Positions 31,887 to 45,800 of a stretch of 64,000 nt of DNA are shown piece by piece. Source of the DNA: the human T2T-CHM13v2.0 reference genome, Homo sapiens; NCBI RefSeq assembly GCF_009914755.1, contig NC_060936.1. The stretch is one strand, 5' to 3'. Position 1 is the stretch's first letter. Each line of letters opens with the position of its first letter. The notes beneath the pieces were generated by a model. That model was not told the DNA's origin. It did no database searches and worked only from the letters and a program-made list of their open reading frames with translations. Both the position numbers and the translations under genes were made by a program.

Positions 31887-32112
31887 CAGTGTTCCCCACT
31901 GGGGTCAGTTTTGTATCCTGGGTGACATTTAATGATGTTTGAATACATTTTCAGTTGTCACAACTGGGAGGATGATGGTACTGGCATCTAGTAGGTGGAG
32001 ACCAGGGACACTGTGAAAATATCCTATGGTGCACAGAACAGCCCGCTGCAACAAAGAATTAAAAGAATTATCTGTCCCAAAGAGTCAATAGTGCCAAGAC
32101 TAAGAAACCCTG
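31887..32112 (+). mobile_element. MER20 (hAT-Charlie) DNA transposon
   Basis: Termini cagtg..ccctg, internal ttgtcacaactggg..tactggcatctagt, and 8-bp TSD atctacat/ctctacat. Confidence 0.85.
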
Positions 32113-32348
32113 CTCTACATAAATGTCATAATACATTGGAGATACCTTATCCAATCAGTACATACAGTATATTCATGTTTAATTCCTAGGAAATAAAAAT
32201 AATATCAATGTTTATTCAGCCTTACTGCTTAAGTACTGTCCTCACATTACATGGTATATTATTTAATCTTTAAAATCCCATGATAGGCATTATTTTTATC
32301 CTCATTTAGCAGATGAGGAAACATCCAATGAAAAGTTAAGATACCTGC

Positions 32349-32910
32349 TGTATTAGGGTTCACCAGAAAAACAGAACCAATAATAAGTATAGATATGGAC
32401 ACAGATAGAGATATAGAAAACAGATATGGATACAGACATAGTCATAAGCATCAATATAGACATAAAGAGATTGATCATGAGGAATTGGCTTATGGACATA
32501 TGGAGTTGCAGCAGTCTCACAATTGGCTGTCCACAAACTGAAGATTCACAAAAACTAAACTGGTGGTGTAGATCCAGTCAAAGTCTGAAGGCCTAAGAAC
32601 CAGGAGTACAAATGGTGTAAGTCCCAGAGGACCAGAAGAGACTGCTGTCCCAGCTGAAACAGGAAGGAAGAATAAATTATCTTTTTCTCACTTTTTTATT
32701 CTATTCAGGATTTGATGCATTAGATTAATGCCCACCCACCCTGGGGATGACAATCTACTTTACTGGGTCTCTGGATTCAAATGCTGATCTCTTTTGGAAA
32801 CCCCCTCACAGACACACCCTGTATTTAACCTGATATCTGAAATAATATTTAACCTGATATCTGGGCATCCTGTGAATGAGTCAAGTTGACACATTAAATT
32901 AACCATCACG
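32349..32910 (-). mobile_element. MLT2-type 3' LTR of ERVL provirus
   Basis: Ends tgtattagggtt..cagaaccaa and caagttgacac..ttaaccatcac, with a polypurine-tract-like sequence adjacent. Confidence 0.88.
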
Positions 32911-35900
32911 AGTTCACTCCCTGTCAACTTGCCACTCATATATATCTCCTTAACAGTCCTTACTCTTCAAGTAAAGACAGTAATGTCATAATTCTGCCAA
33001 ACATGATACAACTGTGCTCCATACAACCAAAAACATGCTAACGCCACCCTCAGAAAGAGGTAAAGTCCTTGAGTGATGTTTACTCTTCTCCTTGATATTC
33101 CATTGTTTAAATACTATGATGTAAAATTAATAATGCTTAAATACTATGATATTAATATAAAGTATGATGTAATAACAAATAACGTAACAAATATATACAT
33201 AAACACATGTTACATAAGAGAATAAAAGAGGAAAGAAAACAAAGATATTTGCTATACGTACTAAGTGTTCATTACAAAATAAAGAGTAAATACTCATGAT
33301 ACTTAAAATAGTCATCTCTGTAACTGGTCACATTGTCGTAGTTGGTATTTATAACTACCTACTTCCATCCTTTATTCTATTTGCCTTCCGCATATACCTC
33401 TGCTGGTCATGTTTCTTTACCTGGTGGGGTAACCCAAACCTTCATGACGGGTCTGGGCCGTTAGTGATCCTGCCTGGAGTGGTCATTGTAGTATTCTGTT
33501 GACCTTAATTGCAGGGCATGGTAATACTAAGAGTTGCCCTAAATGATCGCCTGTACTCCAGAAGTACTCTTCCTTAGTTCCATTGTGCAGTAGTCGTCCA
33601 ATTTGCCCTTGTTAGTCAGGATCAATCACTCTAGCCAGAACTGTAACTCCCTTTTTGCCTGGTGGTTCAGAGGCTTGAAGAGCTCAGAGTGGCTGAGTCG
33701 AAGTCTTAACATTCAATTCAATGCAATCATTGTTGTGCCTCCCAATGGAAACGTTCCTCTCTGTTTTTATGATTCGGTTTAGAGGAACTAAGATCTCTAG
33801 GCTGGTAGTGTGTAAGGGTGTAGGAACAGGAAACAAAAATTTGCTTGTTACTCACTGGGCATAATAGTGTGTGGTGCCATTCCCATTTCCACCCCTTTAT
33901 TCCTGTACCTGTGAATCTTGGCTATCAGAGAAAGCGCCATATATTGGATGCTGGTTCAGAGCATACACAGCCTTTTGTAGAATCTTGCTGCAGCCTGGCA
34001 AGGTATCACCACCTAACTTGAACTGTAACTAAGTCTTCAAAGGCCATTTCATCGTTCTGTAGAGACCAGATGCTTCAGGAGGGTGGGGAACATAGTAAGA
34101 CCAGTGAAGTCCATGAACATGGGCCCATTGCCATGCTCTTTTTGCTGTGATGTGAGTCCCATAATCATAAACAATGAGGTCCAATAGTGTGAAGCATGAT
34201 GATAGATCCCTTCTAAGATAAAGGATAAGTTGTTGCAGCTGGCTTCTCCTACAACCAAGAAAGAGGCACAATGACTAGTGGGCCTATGGGATTTTGGAGG
34301 CAACGTACTCCTCACATGGAATACTGTGGTGGATAAGGCATTCTACAAGTCCATGGACAGTAGTTCTGACAGAAACTGCACAAGGAACGCAAATCCGTTT
34401 TCACAGTATTTATTCCAGTGAGAAGAAACACCACTTTTTCATGATGGAAGCAGTCCAATGTAATCAACCGGCCATCAGATAGCTTACCAGCATGGGGAAT
34501 GATGCCATCTCAGGAACTGAGTGTCAGTCTCTGCTGTTGACATTTTGGGCACTCAGCAGTGGCTGTAGCTGGGTCAGCCTTGATGAATAAAAGTCCGTGT
34601 TGCTGAGCTCAGGCAAAACCTCCACCCCTACTACCATGACCACTTTGTTCATGAACCCACTGGGCAATGACAGGGTGACAGGGGAAAGAGGCTAATGAGT
34701 ATCCACAGAATGGCTCATCTTATCCACTTCATTATTAAAATCTTCTGATGAAGTCACCCTTCAGTGAGCATTCACATGGGATGTGAATATCTTCACTTTT
34801 TTTTTGCCCATTTAGAGAGACCTATCCACATGCTACCTCCCCAATCTTCTTGTCACCAGTTTTCCAATCACATTCTTTCTAAGCCCCTGATCACCCAGCC
34901 AAACCACTGGCTGCAACCCATGGATCACTGTATAATTACACACCTGGCCATTTCTCCTTTCAAGCAAAGTGAACAAGCAGGTGAACTGCTTGAAATTTTG
35001 CCCACTGGGAGGATTTTCCTTCACCACTGTCCTTTAGGGATGTCCCAGAAAGGAGCTATAGTGCTAAAGCTGTCCACTTTCAGCTGATGCCTGTATATCA
35101 TGCAGAACTATCCGTAAACCAGGCCTCATCTTTCTTTCTCTTCCTCTGTCAACTGACCGCAGGGAACTCTTTATGAGGCCACGGGCGCAGTCTGGAGGAA
35201 AGAAGTCAGTGCAGCAGCAATGGAAACCATGGGAACTTGGGCCACTTCTTCATGTAACTTATCGTGACACGCCATCAAGGCCAGTTCAGGCCTGATTATG
35301 CGTATACCGATTTCATTTGATGATGGAGTATTGTGATGCACACCCAGCTTTATGGCTTCATGAGTGAGATGCCCATCCAATTCGTGATGGGCAACTCGGG
35401 GCACACGGCGACATGGTGGCCCACGGTTGAGCATTCAGTCACCACTAAGGCCTAGTAGCAGGTCAAGAGCTATTTCTCAAAAGGAGACAGGTTATCTGCA
35501 TAAGATGGCAGGCCTTTGCTCCAAAATCCTAAGGGCCTGTGGTGAAATTCACCATAGGGACTTGCAAAGCCTTCAAACATCATCTTTTCTGCCACTGACA
35601 CTTTAAGCACCATTAGATCTACTGGATCATGTAACCCATGTGGCAAAGCAGCTTGCACAGCAGCTTGGACCTGTTGCAGAACCTTCTCTTCTTCTGAGCC
35701 CCACTCAAAACAAGCAGCTTTTCAGGTCACTCAGCAAATGGGCCAGGCTAACACACCCAAATGAGGAGTATGTTGCATCCAAAATCCCATAGGCCCACTA
35801 GTCATTGTGCCTCTTTCTTGGTTGTAGGAGAAGCCAGCTGCAACAACGTACCCTTTATCTTAGAAGGGATATATCAACATGCTCCACACCACTGGACCTC

Positions 35901-38580
35901 TAAAAATTTCACTGAGATAGAAGTCCTTTGAAGTTTCGTCAGCTTTATTTTCCACCCTCTGACATGCAAAAGTCTCACAAATAAGTCTATAGTTAGCATA
36001 CTGTCATCAGTGTAATGGACCAGTGTGTTACCATATGAACTAAATTATGACATAGAGCTGGAGAGTTGATGTACCCCTGAGGTAGGACAGTGAAGGTGAA
36101 GGTGATTTGCTGGTCTTGTCAGCTGAAAGCAAACTGCTTCTGGTGGTCTTTGTTTTTGTTTTGTTTTGTGTTGTTTTGAGATGGAATTTCGCTCTTGTTG
36201 CCCAGGCTGGAGTACAATGGCACGATCTCGGCTCACCGCAACCTCTGCCTCGTGGGTTCAAAGGAATCTCCTGCCTCAGCCCCCAAGCAGCTGGGATTAC
36301 AAGGCACGTGCCACCATGTCCAGTAATTTTGTATTTTTAGTAGAGATGGGGTTTCTCCATGTTGGTCAGGCTGGTCTCGAACTCCCGACCTCATGTGATC
36401 CACCCACCTCGGCCTCCCAAAGTGCTGGGATTACAGGTGTGAGCCACTGCACCCCTGGTGGTCTTTGTTAACAGCTATTGATAAAAATAGCATTTGCCAG
36501 GTCAATAGCTGCATACCAAGTATCAGGAGATGTGTTAATTTGTGTAAGCAGTGAAACCACATCTAGTATAGCAGCTGCAATTGGAGTTATCACTTGGTTA
36601 AGCTGATGATAATCCACTCTCATTCTCCAAGATTCATCCATATGGCCAAATAGGCAAATTGAGTGAGGATGTGGTGGGATTCACCCCCAACCCCTGTGTC
36701 TTTCAAGTCCTTGATAGTTGTGCCAGTCTCTGAAATCCCCCCAGTGACATGGCTTTGGTTTATTATTTTCCTAGATAGAGGCAATACTAGTGGCTCCCAC
36801 TTCACCTTTTTCACCGTAATAGCCCTCACTTCACAGGTCAGGAAACCAATGTGAGGGCTCTGTGAGCTGCTATGTCTATTGCAATTATTCCTTCCAGAAT
36901 TGAAGAAGTAACCATAGGATGGTTTGAGAATCCACAGGGCCCACTGTGAGACAGACATGAGCTCAAATTCTATTGATCACCTGACCTCTATAAGCCCCCT
37001 ACTCTGACTGGTGGTCCACAGTGACATTTTGAGTCTCTTGAATTCAGTGTCAGTTGAGAGCCAGTGTCCAGTAGTTCCCAAAAGATCTGATTATATCCTT
37101 TCCCCTAGTGCACAGTTTTCCTCGTAAAAACCCATAGGTCCCTTTGAATAAAGATTAACAGTATAAATTTTGGATAGTATCCAAGAGTCTTTCCTCAAGG
37201 GGACCCAGTCTCTCCTTCATTCAAGGGTTTCTGGATCTGTAAGCTGACTCAAGTCTAGGAATTAATTGAGAGGCCGTAACTCTCTGTTTTTATGATTCAG
37301 GTAAGATTTTGTTCACTTGACCTAGATATTTTTTTTTTTTTTTTTACAAAAAAATGAAATAAGAATTTGTAGTCTTCCTATTGATTTCACTTCAAGGAAC
37401 ACATAAAAGCTAGCCTACATCATGCGTCTGCAGGAATCAGACTGTTCTGATAGCTGCTTTGGCCCTGCTGTCCGCTATGGTAACCACACCCACCCTGACC
37501 TTGGCAGTTTAGCAAGGCAACTTGGCCCCTGCCACACTGGGATCTAATTACCCCCGTTGCATTTAGGTTTCCCAATTCAGTGACTGCAGGTCCTACTGTG
37601 AGGCTTGGCCTACAGAGAAGAGTGATCACAGAGCTTTTCAAGGATGCTGGGCCTCCCCTCACAAATTTATTTCTCACAGTGTTGTTGAAAATTGTGTCTT
37701 TTGATTACTCTCAGTGTGGGTCTTATATGACGAATCCACTCTCCATATGCTTTTAATCCTTTCTGCTACATTAAATCAAGGCAGGTCCAGCCTGTCCACC
37801 TTTTGGTCCATGTGTCAGCCAACCCAGCACACTGTTAGAACCCTTTCTGATTCCCCAAGCTTCAACATTAAATGAAGAATCTCTGCTTAGTGAGCCCGAA
37901 ACAACAAAAAAATTTAACTTAATATAACTTTATGTTCTTTCTACCATTATTTCACACCCTTAGTGTCCATTCCTACACCTGTTACCCAGATTTCTGTCTG
38001 TAAGAATTAGAAAACTCAAGTAATTATTTTGGAGTGTAGCACACATCTTCATGGGTCACACTTTGAACCTCAACTTTAGAAGCCAGCTGGGATTTGAGTT
38101 TGGTTATAGGGCTAGAAGCAGAGAGAGATGAGAGATGGGGTAGAGGTAAAGGGGTTCTCAGGAGAATTAAAATTGTCTTGCATAGCAGCTGCCTCAGAGG
38201 AGGCTATCACTATTTGCTCAGACAGTGCAGAGCTGATCCTCTCAGACGTTGGAGGTGAAGTAGAGGAGACACCACTGGGGTAAGGAGGCCACTTCCACTA
38301 GAAAAGAAGGCTCATCAGAATTTAGGAGCTCCATGTTCCAAACTTGATCAGCGACTTTCTACACAACCCATCCCAAATTACAGAATCTCATCAATGCTTC
38401 ACTTTAACAGTAGACACTTTGTGAAGCTTGGAGTTCAACTCGCATTGTAATTCAACCAGTGTCAAGCTGAGATTCTGCATTTGGTGTTAAGCAATCTCAG
38501 CCCCACAGTACAGGAGATAAGGGTCTCCTTCAGGGCACACATAGAAGTTTTAGGTCATTTATGCAGTCTTTGAGCCACAT
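32911..38580 (-). mobile_element. ERVL (HERVL-like) internal region: gag/pol remnants
   Basis: gag RNKFVRGGPASLKSSV, RT/RNaseH QAALPHGLHDPVDLMVLKVSVA and integrase QWAHVHGLHWSYYVPHPPEASGL. Many stops. Confidence 0.9.
36155..36455 (-). mobile_element. AluSp-like element inserted in ERVL pol
   Basis: Diagnostics tttcgctcttgttgcccagg and caccgcaacc. TSD tggtggtctttgtt at 36141-36154 and 36456-36469. Confidence 0.9.
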
Positions 38581-38674
38581 AACACCCTTACAGACAAACC
38601 TAGAAATAATGTTTAACCAGATATCTGGGCATCCCACGACCCAGCCATAATGACACACAAAACTAACCATCATA
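38581..38674 (-). mobile_element. Remnant (first ~95 bp) of the ERVL 5' LTR
   Basis: Homologous to about 32800-32910 (gatatctgggcatcc..aaccatca). Provirus TSD cctgc at 32344-32348 and cctgt at 38675-38679. Confidence 0.8.
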
Positions 38675-40358
38675 CCTGTCTAAAGCCACATAGCTGGCAA
38701 ATTTGGGGACCCAGATTTGCAATCAGAAAATCCATTTCCAGAAACATGTTTTACCCACTAAGTTTTACCCACTAAGTTGCAGTATCTAGGGATTATAGGC
38801 AGGATATCCTCAAGTTCCAAAACAGATAAGACAGAGAGTTAAACAGAGCAGAAACACTTTTACTACTTCACTCTTCTCACCAAAAAAAAAAAAAAAAAAA
38901 AATCTACTCCCAAATATTAATAGCAACTTCTTTCTGTGTCACTGAAGATTTCATTATACCATTGATAGATTTCAGTGCTCCCCCTCCTGGGGGAGGATAT
39001 CAAATGGCAGAGGTATACCTTGAGCTCCAATAAAGTACCGGTCCTCATTCTTAACATATTGACAAATGAGGGTGTCCAGATATATTTTATCTTATTTGTT
39101 AATAATTATAATAAAAACCCAAACTGTCTAATGATATAATTTTTAATATGTAATTTAGAACTGAATAAAATTTAGTCCTATAATAATATATATCATATTT
39201 TCTTGCTTTACTACACGTTTTTTTGAGTTCTGAAGAAAGATGTGAAATTAAAGCTAATGGAGCTGGGTGTGGGGGTGCACTGGTTTTCACATGTGAATAT
39301 CACTGTATTTCAGAGCATTAAAATATATTTCTTGAAAATTACTGATTTAATAGAATTAGTAAACAAAACAAGCACTTAATTCCTCAAATTTTACTTTTAG
39401 ATCATCTGCTTTAAATATAAATTATACAAATATTTCTCATTTTATAAAACTAGACTTTCAGAGTTTTAGTACCATTTACTCTACAGTTGGTCAAGATCAC
39501 AAAGGTAAAATCCATTTCTTTCAAGTATGATGGTTTCCAAATTTTTGAAACAGGGGAGTCATTCTTCAAATGATCTATTTAGAAATTAACATATCCATAA
39601 CAGATTTGAAGGCAAGATGGAAAAGGTGGAAACAAGTTCTGAAGCCAGGAAGGGGAGCTGAGGAGGAGAGAGTTTAAGGAAGAACTGGGGAGTGGAGGTC
39701 CAGAGATCCACCCATTTAGCCATGCTATTCAGCAACTGCCTTAGGCAACTTTTGGAGCACCATAGAACATAATTTAAAAGGGATTATCCAACATAATTTA
39801 GAGTACTTTAGATGATAAAATTATTATAATCATTTTTAAATCTTGTAGGTATATTAAAGTTATAGCTCTAATTAATATTTTAATTATATTTTATTTTAAA
39901 ATGTGATATTATATAATATACATATACATATTATTAAATGCTACATCTCATTTTATATATTGAACTTGAATTTTTTAATTTTCAAAAGTGGTGTACCACA
40001 TCCTGACACTCATATTTTTGTCTCTGCTTGTGGCTAATATTTATCTCTTGACCATATCTGTCAAAATGCAAATTTAGATTTTACAGCAAAAAATTAAAGT
40101 AAATTATATGTAATGGACTTTAAATGTAGTTCTCTGACACAACACTTAATTTAAGATGGCCAGCTTTACTCTTTTAAACTGTAGTTTGGAATTATCTTTG
40201 AGCATGGATGAATTTCTTTTGATTTTCTCTTATTTTCACATCAACAAAGTGACTGTAATAAATCCTGATCCTGCCTTTGGTCTGGATATTTAGTAGCTCT
40301 GTATTTGTTTTCTTTGATAGCAACATGCATTAATATTTATAACCATTTTCCTTTGCAG

Positions 40359-40484
40359 CATCTCCCAGATGGCTCTGCGCCCAGTGCACATGTTGAATTT
40401 TATCTTTTACCATATCCCAGTGAAGTTCGTAGGAGGAAAACAAAATCTGTTCCAAAATGTACGGACCCCACTTACAATGAAATT
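40359..40484 (+). CDS. PIK3C2G: PIK3C2G penultimate coding exon (C2 domain)
   Basis: Acceptor ttttcctttgcag| and donor |gtaagt. 126 nt, phase 0/0, reading HLPDGSAPSAHVEFYLLPYPSEVRRRKTKSVPKCTDPTYNEI, with the polybasic RRRKTK motif typical of class II PI3K C2 domains. It lies inside ORF 40305-40592. Confidence 0.96.
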
Positions 40485-41673
40485 GTAAGTATAAGTCACC
40501 TTTTGTCCAGTCATTTTGTATTTTTCTTACCATTTTTCAGCTTAACAACCAAATATGGAAAATTTGCAGTAATTGGCAGCATTATTTCATAAAGGAAAGA
40601 TATTTTCCAAAGTAGTCGCAGTATGCTGATCACTCTTCTAGATGCTATGGGCACTGGAAAATACAGATACTGCTTTCAAAGCTCTTATAAACCAATTTGC
40701 AAGTATGGCTAACCTCCAGCAAGAGCCCAAGACTTGTTTTGCATACTAACTTTATTCCTGACTTCATCTTATTTTCTCTAACCTTATTCTCCTTTACCTG
40801 ATTTTCCTTACCTAATAATTTTATCATATACTACCTTGGGTATAACAGTAAATCTCATAAAATCTCTTTTGAAAAACTAAAAAAATAAATACAAAATACA
40901 AATGGAAGTTAATGTATATTATAAATAGCTCTCTAATTTATTTGTAATGTGCAATTCCCTAACTTCTTTCTAAGGCAAGCCCCTACATTTATTCTCTTGA
41001 TTCCATCCTTTCCCATCTCCTCTGCACCTTGCTCAGCTGCTTATTTGTGTTCCTTTTCTTATGGCTGTCTCATCCACAGGATCCTCCACTCAGAAATATT
41101 AAAAAACAAAAACAAAAACTCCCCAACTCAGGCTTGCTAAGCAAATTTTCTTTCCCTCACTATCACCTCCAAACTTATCCAAAATTAACCCACATGATCT
41201 GCTTTCCCTTCATCTCTCCCTTTCACCCTTGAATGCTTTGCAATGTGGATTCTGACCTTTATTGATAGTACTTTATTCAAGGGGCATCAATAGACTCCTA
41301 ACTGCTAAATCCAAAGAGCCCTCAGGCTCTCGTGCCTGGATCAGTTATACAGCAGCACTACTGACCACAGCCCCATTCCTGAAACCTCCGTTTCGCTTTT
41401 TGAGTTGTACCTTTTCTTAATTCTCTTCCATTTTCTCTACCACTTATTTCTCTACCACTTATTTCCATTTCTCTACCACCTCTCTCATTTTCCTTCATTG
41501 TTATTCTTTCTCTTAAAATATTATTGTTTACTGAAGTCACATGATCCATCCTCATCTCCTCTTCCTGTACATACTCTCACATTTATCTTGTGGATCAACA
41601 AAGTTTTATTTATCACCTATAGGTAGGTTGCATCTGAATTTACTCCTAAAACCCTGGCTTCTCTCTCTCAAGC

Positions 41674-41979
41674 TTTTTTTTTTTTTTTTTTTTTGAGATG
41701 GAGCCCTTCACTCTGTGTCTAGCAGGCTGGAGTGCAGTGGCGCAATCTCAGCTCACCACAACCTCCACCTCCCAGATTCAAGCAGTTCTCCTGTTTAAGC
41801 CACCCGAGTAACTGGGATTACAAGCTCCCACCACCACATCCAGCTAATTTTTGTATTTTTAGCAGAGACGGGGTTTTGCCGTGTTGGTCAGGCTGGTCTC
41901 AAACTCCTGACCTCAGGTGATCCACCGCCTCAGCCTCCCAAAATGTTGGGATTACAGGCGTGAGCCACCATGCCCGGCC
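41674..41979 (-). mobile_element. AluS (Sq/Sx-like)
   Basis: Full dimer with poly-T at the left end, ending in cccggcc. Confidence 0.9.
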
Positions 41980-42715
41980 TCTGTCACACTTCTACCTGAT
42001 TACTGGGGAGCTCCATCTGAATGTCTCATAGGCACTTTTAGACCAGGCTTTCCTCCATTCATTCTTTCTTTTATAGATGGTACCTTTGGGGTCGAAACTA
42101 AGAAACTCTTTGTCTAGCACTGAGTCTCAAAGATTTTCTCTTATAGTTTTTTCTAAAAGTTGTATAGCTTTACATTTTACATTTAAGTACATTACCCATT
42201 TTGAGTTAAATTTTTAATAAAATGTGATGTTTAAGTCAAGGCTCTTTATTTCCCCACTGTGGATACCAATTATTCCAGTACTATTTGTTGAAAAGGCAAT
42301 TCTTCCTCCACTGAATTTCTTTTGCACGTTTGTCAAAAATCACTTGGGAATATTTGTGTTCTTATACTCTTTTTGTTATCCCATACTTAGCCATATTTTC
42401 AGATCACATCAGACAGCTTGTCATTCCCTGAATGGACTGTAGGATTTTGTGATAGAACTCATGCCACCATTCACCTCTCTCTGCCCTTCTCTGCCTGCTT
42501 TGAGACTGACCTCAGATGTGAACTCTGCAAACACTGTCACCTCGTGGACTCACACCACACTTATAATCCTTTCTTTAGTCCTACACGGTTTTTCTTCTAG
42601 TATATCATAAACTTCTCCAGGGCGGGTTAAATGTCTTATCCTTTTTAATACTTTTAACACTTAGTTACCTCTAAAATGATGTGTAATAAATATTTGGGGC
42701 AGTTTTATAAGTGAC

Positions 42716-42717
<2 letters not shown>

Positions 42718-42759
<42 letters not shown>

Positions 42760-42807
42760 AAATGTAAATACATGTATATACTGCATATATATATATAGAG
42801 AGAGAGA
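42718..42807 (+). repeat. (TG)n / (TA)n / (GA)n microsatellites
   Basis: Seen directly. Confidence 0.9.
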
Positions 42808-45800
42808 TTCTCTAAACTGGTAAGGAAAAATATTTTGACACTATTATTTGTCATGATGTCAACAGTGAGAAGCATACACTTCCCAACAATATATCACTGT
42901 TTCTTTTCATACTTTTTGAGTACAAGTCTCCATGCCTCACTATCAAGAAACTTCTCAGACCCTGTGTTAGGCATAAGCATTTTCAGTATAAGAAAACATA
43001 TAATAACAAGAAACCACTAACAATTCAGAACAATTTAAATAAACTTGTGTTTTATTTCAAGCTTTATGTATTATAAGAAAACAGTAGTAAATTATATTCA
43101 TGGAAAATTATTTTATAATTCTTGCTGTGCACATAACTTTTCTGAGGGCTTGCAATACCTAGGTCCTCACACATCCATAACCCACTGATTAAAACTCACT
43201 ACAAATCTTTCTCAATTGATCTATACTTGTCGCATGAATAGACACTTTATACTTTGGACACATTTTAAATTGCTTCGAAAGCCATGGTCCATGCATAGCC
43301 AATTCCGATCAGAACATAGTCCAATCAAGCAGAAATTTGAAGTAGTGTGTGTATAAGTGATGATTTTAGTAGTAGTCATTAGGACAGTAAGAGGTTTCTA
43401 ATCATATAAACAATTCTGGCAAAGAAGCTGGGTGAATTCCAAGAGCCAAAAGGAAAAAAAGGCAACAACGGTTAATTTAATTTTTTTCATTCTATGCCTG
43501 TATCAACACAACAAGAATATTTATAAGAAATGCAAAGAAGCACACTAGATGTTAACTCTGATTTTACTGTCTCTTGCCCTCAGTTGTGATGTAGGATCCC
43601 ATCTTTGTGTCAAACTCCTCGATCACTTGTGTGCAACCTCAAGAGCACCTTACTAGATGTCTTTACCAATAAGCCCAGTGCTTACTAGAGAGCCCAGTGA
43701 GTTATCACAGGGCATCTACCTTGTTTTAAACTTTTCCTCCACTTCCGCCGCCTCACTGAGTACTGCTGCATCAACCACTCACCACAGCTGGGATTTCTCA
43801 AACTGTAAAAGCCGTGTACTGTTCTTGAAGTGGGAGAGGATGACCTCACTCTCCTCTTTATATAAATCTCTCAGAGGAGTACAAAGAAGATATTACACTG
43901 CATACCAATGTCTTACAAAGCCTTTTGTGAAAATAGTTCTTTTTATTTTTATTCCTATCCTCCTTTCTCCTTAATATCCAGAGATGAGAGGGGCTGGGTC
44001 GGGGACACAGAAAAGTGACAGAGTCTCCACCCTTCCCATACTAAGGCTTTGATGCAGGGCCAAGCTTGTCTATTTGACACTTCGCAGAGTGAGCCCCAAT
44101 AGGCTTCATCAGCAGTCTCCCTGAAAACCCCTGTCATGTACAAATCCCAGTGATAGGCATGGCTGGTCTCAAGATGGGTCTGGGGCTGGGGGTGTGAGTG
44201 CTCAGGGAACTGCCATACAGCTTGAAGAAGCAGAGGTGGGATTCCGGGCTCCAAAGCCTCTTTCCACGCCACTACTTTTGCCATCTTCTTAAAAACCATC
44301 ATTTTTCACACAATTCATTAGAAATACAGAATTTCTACCCTATGACAGAATTACATGCTTATAATCAATATATTTTGTATATTGTAACCTTTTCTTATAT
44401 ATTATTCTGTTGTAAGGTGTAAAGGGAAAATTAGAAAGAACAGAACAGGAACGTTCTATGCATTTTACATCCCTTAAAATCTCCTGCAGAATATACAGTG
44501 ATTACTTAGCACAATGCCAAGTATATGGCACACTCAGTAAGCTATAGTTATTGTTATCTGTGTTATAATATTATTGCAATTTCAACATGATGAAAATTGT
44601 ATTTGTAAGTGAAGACAATGTGACCCAGAGGTTACACAACTAGATGTCAAGCCCAGAACTGCCTGATTCCAAAGTTCATGGTTACCGCACTACACTATGC
44701 TGTTATTCCTACCTGTCTCCTCCCACGCAGTACCCCTGTTCTCGCTTTTGAACTCTTTCTTTCATTATCCTGCCTCCTCTACCACTTCCCACAAGCACTA
44801 GAGACACTTCAGTTCCTATCTTATTGTCCTCTCATTTCAATCATGAAAATACACTTTAGAATTATTTACTAGACCCTTGTGTCAACTAATGTGCAGTAAA
44901 TTCTTGGAATGTTCAGTATATGTTAATAGATATTAATTACCTTAAGTGTTTTCTATTAGACGTAATAATTCCAAACCCACACATTTAGTTATTTGTCAGA
45001 AGGTAGTAAAGACTTAACTCATGCCTATAGGTAAAAATTATTAGAAAAAGAAATTAAAAGAGCTATTTATTTTTGGTTCTGAGTATGTACCAGAACCATT
45101 TTTTTTTGTTCTGAGTATGCAGAATATATATTAAATCCTTTGACGAAAAGGTCTCAAAGAATATAATCATCTCTGTACTTCGCTAACATTAGCCACTAAT
45201 TATTCTTTGCTCAGTTGAAAAGAGTACTTACTATTTAACAACATCATGGATGCACCAAAGCAATCAGAATAGATATTTATCATCTATAATGTGCAATGAT
45301 TACAGGTTTATAAAACTTCAGTCACTTTTAAGAAAATAACTTTTCTTAATGAAGCAGAGGGAAAAAATATATGAAGTAATAAAAACTTTGGAAGTTCAAA
45401 TGTTTGTATTTTAACCAGGAAAGCAATTAACTCCTAAAGTCATTTCTTGAAGCTTTCAGCTTGCTAAATACCTGGAAGACTCAATTCTGTCTGGAAGGGT
45501 TTTCTCCAGTCAATTGATGCAAAATACTAAGAAACAACTGTTCCTTTTTGTGTATTTGATGGATCTTTTTCAGCTATAATTTACTGGTGTCTAATATGTT
45601 CCAGGCTTTGTAGCAAGGCTTATATTCATTATCTCATTTCTTCCTCCCTATAATGCTAAAAGGTAAGGATTATTATCATCATTATACAAATGAGAAAACA
45701 CACAGTTGACAACAGATTCATGAAAATATAAATTATTGATATGTTTTTTAAAAACTTACAATTTATGACTTATTCATGCAATTCACAGAGTCCTTAGCCA

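Noticed and set aside
38748-38775. 14-bp tandem duplication gttttacccactaa (and similar ones near 5755, 20765, 32825, 41435)
   Set aside because: These are ordinary slippage duplications.
40305-40592. 95-aa ORF as a standalone gene
   Set aside because: It is the PIK3C2G exon plus in-frame intronic flanks. The splice sites delimit the real coding part.
43657-44422. Overlapping 105-115 aa ORFs in the last intron
   Set aside because: There is no recognisable domain or exon structure, and the lengths are within chance expectation.
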